Origin: Clostridiaceae bacterium BRH_c20a
GTDB lineage: Bacteria; Bacillota; Peptococcia; Peptococcales; BICA1-8
Length of the DNA: 64,000 bases
NCBI GenBank assembly: GCA_000961765.1
Contig: LADT01000026.1
Location: 88,541 to 152,540, forward strand
Direction: 5' to 3'
Below, one piece after another: positions 39,525 to 45,778 of this stretch. Positions within the stretch are counted from its first letter, which is position 1, and the number at the start of each line of letters is the position of its first letter. Below the pieces are notes generated by a model that ran no database searches, was not told the DNA's origin, and saw nothing but the letters and a program-made list of their open reading frames with translations. Position numbers and translations under genes: made by a program.

Positions 39525-40469
39525 ATGTCTGGGGACGGTCCTTTGACACAACATAATGAAAATATGATAGAATAGCTCTAGGGGGTGATCTAATGGCAAG
39601 GACGAGTAGACAAATAAGTCAGACTGGTTTTTACCATGTAATGATGCGGGGGAATGAGAAAAGGGAAATTTTTAAAGATGACAGGGACCGGGAGAAGCTA
39701 TTAGGTATCATTAGGGAAAAGAAAAAAGAAGTAGTTTTTGACCTATATGGATATTGCTTAATGAATAACCATGTTCATTTATTAATTAGGACAGAAAATA
39801 TTGCAGGTGTAATGAAAAGAATTAATACCAGTTATGCTTGCTTTTTTAATAAGAAATATAATCGAGTAGGCCATTTATTTCAGGACAGGTTTAAGAGTGA
39901 GACTATTGATGATGAAAAACATCTTATGGCAGTTGTAAGATATATACATAATAATCCTTATCAGGCGGGTATGGTAAGTGATATCTTAGAATATCCATGG
40001 AGCAGTTATATTGATTATGTAAGTAAAAGGGATAATAAGAATAATGACCTGGTAGATACCTGGGAAATACTCTCTTTATTTTCCCAGGAGAAAAACAAAG
40101 CTATTGAATATTTCAAGGAATTTTCCAACAAGGAGAATGACGATCAATTTATAGATATAAAGGAAGATGATTCTGACGTGTTTAGTTTTCAGGAGACGGA
40201 TAACTCTTTGGTGGTGGAAAAATACTTAAAGGACAATAACCTATCAATTACTGATTTAAAGACTGATTGTAATAGGCATTATCTGCAGGAAGTCATATTA
40301 AACCTACGAAAAAAAACTCAGCTGTCAATTCGAGGAATAGCCAATCTTTTGGGATTTAACAGAGGAATTGTGCAAAGAATGGTATCACAAAAACCTGTTG
40401 CCCCAGAGGATGAGGGGCAAGAAAAATGAGTATTCATGTCAAGCGTGTCAAAGGACCGTCCCTAGACAC
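39525..40469 (+). mobile_element. RAYT/IS200-like (Y1 transposase) unit bounded by 25-bp inverted GGGACGGTCCTTTGACAC ends
   Basis: Left end 39525..39549 is aTGTCTgGGGACGGTCCTTTGACAC. Right end 40445..40469 is GTGTCAAAGGACCGTCCCtAGACAc. There are 2 mismatches. Confidence 0.75.
39593..40429 (+). CDS. REP-associated tyrosine transposase (IS200-like Y1 HUH) with a C-terminal HTH
   Basis: HUH motif NHVHLLI and YIHNNP tyrosine motif. The C-terminal LSIRGIANLLGFNRGIVQRMV is HTH-like. Confidence 0.85.
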   Translation: MARTSRQISQTGFYHVMMRGNEKREIFKDDRDREKLLGIIREKKKEVVFDLYGYCLMNNHVHLLIRTENIAGVMKRINTSYACFFNKKYNRVGHLFQDRFKSETIDDEKHLMAVVRYIHNNPYQAGMVSDILEYPWSSYIDYVSKRDNKNNDLVDTWEILSLFSQEKNKAIEYFKEFSNKENDDQFIDIKEDDSDVFSFQETDNSLVVEKYLKDNNLSITDLKTDCNRHYLQEVILNLRKKTQLSIRGIANLLGFNRGIVQRMVSQKPVAPEDEGQEK

Positions 40470-41372
40470 GCGTTGGTCAACCGCCGGGATACTCTTGTTA
40501 AAGATGGTATTCGGCTGAAAAACGGTTTGCATGAGCAGGTTTCTGTTGCTTACCCAAGCTACCATAGATTTTTTTGTGATATTGACCGGAAGACAGCGCT
40601 GTATTTTTGGAAACACTATCCGTCACCCATCTATCTGCGGAATAAACCCATTGATGAACTATTTGAAGAATTTAAAGCGATTGCGTCCAATACAACGAAA
40701 AGTAAGATTGAATTGATATTTGAATGTGTCCATAATGATGGTGATACGATACGGGAATATCAGGAATCAAGGGATTTTATCACCAAAAGCCTTGCACGTT
40801 GTCTTGAACAGCAAAAGGAAGAAATAGCCCTGGTCGATTGTGAAATCGAAAGGATGCTGAGCTATTTTGACTATAAACTAACAACAATACCGGGCGTAAA
40901 TATTGCCACAGCAAGCAAGCTGATTGCCGAAATCGGTGACATACGCCGCTTTCCAAGTGCTGATAAACTGGCTCGTTATGCAGGAATTGCACCAATAAAG
41001 TTTAGTTCCGGCGGCAAAGGCAAGGAGGAAAGCTCAAAACAAGGTAACCGTGAGTTGCACGGATTATTCTATTTTCTGGCGGTATCCATGGTCACGGTTC
41101 CAAAGACAGGAAAGCCGAATCAGCCTATATTTTACGCCTATTATCAGCGTAAAATCAGCGAAGGCAAAACGAAATCACAGGCGTTGGTCTGTATTATGCG
41201 CCGATTAGTAAACATTGTTTACGGCATGATGAAGAACAAGACGGAGTATCGTCCCTTTGTAGTTGAGGATCATGTTGTAGAAGAACAGTAATGATTGTTT
41301 TAGCACAGCGTTGAAATTATACCATAATTTTTGAAATTAAATACGGATTCCCAACCTTAATCTGAGATATAG
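40470..41372 (+). pseudogene. IS110-family recombinase, 3' two-thirds only (copy A), plus its short right end
   Basis: Starts abruptly after the RAYT right end. Has ...IPGVNIATASKLIAEIGDIRRFPSADKLARYAGIAPIKFSSGGKG...GNRELH (Tnp_20-type Ser domain) with the stop at 41291. ORF 40368..41291 is a chimera with the RAYT 3' end. Confidence 0.8.
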
Positions 41373-41711
41373 ATTCTTCCACCTGAGGGCGCGGGTGAGG
41401 CTAGTAACGCTTTCAAATATGACTTGCTTAAGAAAGACCTTAAGTACACTGAAAAGTATGGCTTGGAGGCAAGAAAAGAGTTACCTGACGGAAGAATCCG
41501 CTATTATGGAGAAATTCAACCAGCATCAAAACCAGGGGAAATGGTTGGTAGAAGGATTGTACAGGAGCTTAATCCTGCCAATGGAAATGTGAGAGCATGG
41601 AACGAAACTCTAGATGGTGCGGGTAGAATAAGGCAGGTTAGACCGCAACTAGGTCCTAATAAAACGCATTATACATTTGACCAATTCGGAAATTATACAG
41701 GGAAGTGGTGA
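41373..41711 (+). CDS. Orphan polymorphic-toxin C-terminal domain (family not recognised)
   Basis: The frame is open from 41373 directly after the IS110 right end. There is no credible own start (the ORF track uses TTG at 41424). Followed 4 nt later by a small acidic ORF, matching toxin/immunity geometry. Confidence 0.45.
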   Translation: MLPPEGAGEASNAFKYDLLKKDLKYTEKYGLEARKELPDGRIRYYGEIQPASKPGEMVGRRIVQELNPANGNVRAWNETLDGAGRIRQVRPQLGPNKTHYTFDQFGNYTGKW

Positions 41712-41715
41712 TAAC

Positions 41716-41994
41716 ATGCAGAGCCCCACAATTGAAGAGCTCATTATGAAGCTACAGCAGGTATTAGAAGGGGGACTTAGTCGAGAAGAGGTTTCAGATT
41801 GGGCTATGAAAGCCTCGGAAGTATATGAACGTGAGAGTTCGCTGAGTCAGCATGAGATTTCCCTTTGGAAATGTCTTGACGTTGTTGGTGGTATTGACTT
41901 AAAAGACTCACCATCGGAGTACCTTCACAATGAGCAAGATATTAAAGGGTGGATAACCAAGTTTAAGCAAATGAAGGATTCAAACCAATCCTAA
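41716..41994 (+). CDS. Putative cognate immunity protein
   Basis: ATG at 41716, 4 nt after the toxin stop and preceded by GGAAGTGGTG. 92-aa acidic helical protein. Confidence 0.5.
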   Translation: MQSPTIEELIMKLQQVLEGGLSREEVSDWAMKASEVYERESSLSQHEISLWKCLDVVGGIDLKDSPSEYLHNEQDIKGWITKFKQMKDSNQS

Positions 41995-42036
41995 GTAATC
42001 ATGCTGAAGGGAGTAAATAGGGGTCAGCAACGCCCC

Positions 42037-42569
42037 CTATATGTTCCTTGACAAATGCGGATCCTGCAGTTTATAAACTCCAGTTACGACTCCATCGGCG
42101 AAATCTCGACCCTGAGAGAAACCGTTCCCCGACCCGCATTGCGGGGCGGTGTGAGCCGGAGCGGGGGTGCTTTGCAACCCCGCTCCTTTAACCTGCATCA
42201 TTTTCGACCCCATGGTTCACCCTGTGATTGAGGGGATGAAGCCACATTTTGGGGCTGCATTTTGAAGGGAAAGGTTTTTTCGCAGAAGTCGCCAAATCCG
42301 GTTTCATTTTTTCCGAAGGGACAAACACCTTATGGAGGCAGCTAAAACGCAACACAGGGGCACACGGTGGCTCACGGCGTTAAGTATTTGAACGCCGGAT
42401 AACGAGTATATTTATGACTGCTGGTAGCGAACGTATAAATCGGCTTGTACCCCATGGTTCATGGTGGACCATAGATTTACAGGAAATTCTGTTCTATGAT
42501 AAAATTTGTGCCAGAGGGGGTTTAAGGGGGTAAGAAATTATCCCGGAAAAATCCCTCATTTTCTTTTTC
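42037..42569 (+). ncRNA. Candidate large structured RNA in the 5' leader of IS110 copy B
   Basis: ORF-free and GC-rich, with hairpins at 42129..42149, 42158..42186, 42220..42234 and 42375..42397 that covary with copy C. A GC stem plus T-run lies at 42514..42569. The ends are not defined. Confidence 0.45.
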
Positions 42570-42787
42570 TGCATATGACAGTTTTGATACAAACGCAGAA
42601 ATGACTTGCAATACTTTTCAGACAGAGTTAACATCACACAACAATAGTGAAAATAACCTGTTTGAAACTGTAAGTCTTGCGGTAGATAGGCTGTCGCGCC
42701 CTTGCGGGTCTGAAAAGACTAACGCTATCATCTGAGGTTGCCGGTACTTGGGCTTTATGTGGATAGCAGGACAAAAGAAGGGATGAT

Positions 42788-43051
42788 ATGCAGAGAAGAG
42801 AAAATTACCTCTATGTCGGTATGGACTTGCATAAGGACACCCATACCGCTGTTCTGGTAAATTGTTGGAATGAGAAATTAGACGTGATTGTTATTGAAAA
42901 CAAGCCCAGCGAGTTTAATAAGCTGGCAAAACGAGTAAACAGGATGGCTGTAAAGCTGGGACTATCCCCAATTTACGGTTTGGAAAACGCCTACGGCTAC
43001 GGCAGAAGCCTTGCTGTCTGGCTGATTGAAAAAGGGTACATAGAAAAGTAA
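42788..43051 (+). pseudogene. IS110-family recombinase, N-terminal DEDD domain only (copy B)
   Basis: YVGMDLHKDTHTAV...GLENAYGYGRSLAVWL. The reading frame ends where a 120-bp repeat begins (43048). Confidence 0.8.
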
Positions 43052-43167
43052 ATCTTGGGGTCAGGCTCACTATTAAACATAACATTAAAATTGAAGTACT
43101 AAAAAGCACCTATAAAACCTATGACGGTTATCTAAAGAGATAGCCGTCTTTTTTTAGAAGAAGCAAT
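43048..43167 (+). repeat. 120-bp direct repeat, copy 1 (identical to 45658..45777)
   Basis: Base-for-base identical by inspection. Contains the terminator-like hairpin GACGGTTATCT-aaag-AGATAGCCGTC followed by T7. Confidence 0.95.
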
Positions 43168-43490
43168 GTGTCTAGGGACGGTCCTTTGACACAGCGAAAT
43201 AGAAATATGATTGAATACTCTGGGAAGCTATTAGATATCAGAAGGGAAAAGAAAAAGGAAGAAGTTTTTGACATATATGCATATTGCTTAATAGATTAAC
43301 CATGTTCATTTATTAATAAAGGATTATAAGAAGAATAACATGGTAGATACCTTGTTAAAGAAAGATTGTAATAGGTATTATCTGCAGGAAGGCATAGTAA
43401 ATCTAAGAATAAAAACTCGACTGTCAATTCGAGAAATAGCTGATTATTTGGAATTGAACAGAGGGGTTGTGCAAAGAGTGGTGTCACAAC
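43168..43490 (+). pseudogene. Degraded second copy of the RAYT unit (left end retained, internal deletions, no right end)
   Basis: GTGTCTAGGGACGGTCCTTTGACAC at 43168..43192. Collinear remnants (…HVHLLI…, …DCNRYYLQE…LSIREIADYL…) have lost the start codon and central region. Confidence 0.75.
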
Positions 43491-43674
43491 TATCTTCCTC
43501 AATCAAAACAGGGCTTCCGGGTAAGCAGAAACTTACCCCCGGAGGAAATGGCAAAGGGCAAGAAAAATCTAACGCTAAAGGCGGCGGCAAACCTGCCAAA
43601 ATCTTTGCCATTGACCCGATAGCAAGTGTATTTGACAAAGATAGACCGGTGATGATATTCACTAAAGGTGATAA

Positions 43675-44475
43675 AGGCGGCGGAAACTCCAATGGTGGAG
43701 GGAATTCCGGTGGAAATTAAAGCTTCCACTATTAGAAGAAACAATTGAACTGCCGGCTTATCTTACGGAACCCACCCGGTACGTAAGCTACACCTATGAT
43801 GAATCAGGCAACCGTACTGGTAGGACTACCGATCAGGGAGAAGTCAGCTATACCTATGATAATGGCAACCGCCTCATCAAAGCAGGTGAAACAGCATACT
43901 ATTATGATGATAACGGCAATCTGGAATTCAAAGAAACAGCAGACGGAGGAACAGAATACCGATATGATGCCGCCAATCGACTGACAGCAGTATACTTTGC
44001 CGATGGAACAGATTTAAAATACCATATAGGAGAAGATAAGGTGCTAGCCCGGAAGATGTTTGGCTATCACGGACAAAAAGAACAAGGCAAACCGACCCTG
44101 CAGACCAGAGGCGGGTTGATGTACTACTCCTTTGATGCTTTGGGCAATGTAACAGATCTCACAGACAGGACAGGGGAGATAACAGCCCAGTAGTTCCGGT
44201 TTGACGCATTTGGGGGCATGTATGCCGGAACCTTGGGCCCCTATAATCATATGGGCTTGACCGGCAAGGATTATGATGCCGAGAGCGGTTTCATAGACTT
44301 CGGTTTCCGCTGGTATGATCCCCAGGCAGGCAGGTTCACTCAGCCCGACACCTATAAAGGGAACATTTTTAATCCCCTGACCCAGCATCCCTATGCCTAT
44401 GTAGGCAATAACCCAGTGTTATGTTTTTTAGGAGGTAAGAACAAAAACATGGTGAACAGCAACAAATCGGTATAG
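43675..44475 (+). pseudogene. Rhs/YD-repeat core fragment with an in-frame TAG (44191) and a truncated 3' end
   Basis: YTYDESGNRTG...YTYDNGNRL...YYYDDNGNL...RYDAANRL...DALGNVTDLTD...YDAESGFIDFGFRWYDPQAGRF...YVGNNPV, all in one frame. Confidence 0.75.
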
Positions 44476-44555
44476 AAAGGCCACGTCCAATAAAATCCGG
44501 GAACGTGGCCTTTTTAATGTCTATAAAGATTGGTCGGTTTGTTTAGGCTGTAAAA

Positions 44556-44954
44556 CTATCTCTCAACTTCTTCATCTTCTTCATCTGCCAAAATATTGAC
44601 TTCCTCGACTTCGCGATATAAAATTTCATCAATTTGATTTAAAAGCTCAGGTAAACTTTTTGTAATCGTTCCCCAAAGCACCGCAAAATCAATGTTTTCA
44701 TAGTCATGAACAATTTTATTTCTCATGCCTTTGATACTTTTCCAAGGAATATAAGAATATTCTTCCTGAGTGCTTAAACCTATATCCTTTGCCAGTTCAC
44801 CGATTTGGGAAATGGTAAAAGCACAAGCAGAAATTGTTTTTTTATCATTCATAAACTGTTCAAAGGAAAGTCCATATGTATACTGAGCTACATCGTTGAT
44901 GTATCCGCTTATTTTTTGCAGGATAATCCTATCCTTACCTATCATATAAGACAA
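44556..44954 (-). CDS. hepT: HEPN-domain (DUF86/HepT-like) toxin
   Basis: Rx4H motif GMRNKIVHDY. Overlaps the upstream MNT gene by 20 nt. Confidence 0.85.
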   Translation of the reverse strand: MSYMIGKDRIILQKISGYINDVAQYTYGLSFEQFMNDKKTISACAFTISQIGELAKDIGLSTQEEYSYIPWKSIKGMRNKIVHDYENIDFAVLWGTITKSLPELLNQIDEILYREVEEVNILADEEDEEVER

Positions 44955-45243
44955 TACCCTCCCGTTCTACTGCGGAGCAAATGGTCGCATTCCTGCTCAA
45001 TTCGGATATTTCAAACAAATCTACACGTTTGTTAAGTTGTGTTGTAATATCCTCTAGCACACCATAGAAAGCCATATTTAAAAGCTCACCCTTGCTGTCA
45101 ATAACAATATCAATATCGCTTTGATCTGTTGCGTTACCTTTTGCATAAGACCCAAACAATATGGCGCGATATACAGGGGCGGCCTCAAAAACGGGACGGA
45201 GCTTTGATCTTATTTCATTGATTTGATATATTTTTTGCTCCAT
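44935..45243 (-). CDS. mntA: MNT-type nucleotidyltransferase antitoxin (MntA-like)
   Basis: GSYAKGNATDQSDIDIV (GSx10DxD) motif. The start at 45243 follows GGTGAG; the ORF is open to 45261. Confidence 0.85.
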   Translation of the reverse strand: MEQKIYQINEIRSKLRPVFEAAPVYRAILFGSYAKGNATDQSDIDIVIDSKGELLNMAFYGVLEDITTQLNKRVDLFEISELSRNATICSAVEREGIVLYDR

Positions 45244-45262
45244 ATTCTCACCACTTTGCATT

Positions 45263-45292
45263 ATTCTATATATATAATATCATATATAGAAT
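45263..45292. promoter_or_regulatory. 11-bp-arm palindrome upstream of the MNT/HEPN operon (candidate operator)
   Basis: ATTCTATATAT-N8-ATATATAGAAT. Confidence 0.45.
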
Positions 45293-45657
45293 AATTATTC
45301 ATCGAAAAAAATCGCAACTTCTTCGAATAACTTGCTTTCTTGCAGTGCTTTTACAATTAATTGTCTTGCAATTGATATTTTATCATCTTTTATTATACCA
45401 TTTGCAAAAAGAAAAATACAAAGGGGAGCGCAGGGACGCCGTCAATGTCATCAACTTTAAATGTAAATTATTTACAGACATAGCTTTCTATTTAATGCAT
45501 TCTTTGTTCTTACTAGGAATTTCCTTCTTGGAAATTGCCGCTGCTTTCTTATTGGAATGCAACATTTAGCTACTTGCTCCATTATGTCTTTAAAAAACAG
45601 TGGGGACGGTACTTTTTGTTTGAGAGTTTAATGAAATACTAGTAATGTCGAGTACGC

Positions 45658-45777
45658 GTAAATCTTGGGGTCAGGCTCACTATTAAACATAACATTAAAA
45701 TTGAAGTACTAAAAAGCACCTATAAAACCTATGACGGTTATCTAAAGAGATAGCCGTCTTTTTTTAGAAGAAGCAAT
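45658..45777 (+). repeat. 120-bp direct repeat, copy 2
   Basis: Identical to 43048..43167. Confidence 0.95.
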
Positions 45778-45778
45778 A

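Noticed and set aside
40368-41291. 307-aa ORF as an intact gene
   Set aside because: Its first ~35 codons are an out-of-frame read through the RAYT 3' end and right inverted repeat. Only 40470-41291 is IS110-like, and the DEDD N-terminal domain is missing.
41295-41372. Duplicated TTGAAATTA boxes in the IS110 copy A right end as an outward -35 element for a circle-junction promoter
   Set aside because: This is plausible given what is known for IS110-family circle junctions. However, the match is short and AT-rich, the exact right terminus is undefined here, and no matching -10 can be assigned without an intact copy.
41995-42787. Group II intron, riboswitch or protein pseudogene as the explanation for the structured leader
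   Set aside because: - Group II intron: no GUGYG 5' end or recognisable domain V (AGC triad/GNRA hairpin), and no RT ORF.
- Riboswitch: no riboswitch core that I recognise (for example no B12 box).
- Protein pseudogene: no long reading frame in any phase in copy B.
- None of these can be fully excluded without Rfam/cmscan.
43340-43720. 126-aa Gly-rich ORF (…GGNGKGQEKSNAKGGGK…GGGNSNGGGNSGGN)
   Set aside because: The N-terminal half is the decayed RAYT HTH region read in frame. The rest runs into unrelated low-complexity sequence. There is no RBS, so it is treated as a chimeric pseudogene read-through.
45345-45569. 74-aa Leu-rich ORF between the MNT operator and the 120-bp repeat
   Set aside because: Low-complexity hydrophobic translation with no RBS, in a region containing palindromes and a REP-like site. 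Probably non-coding.
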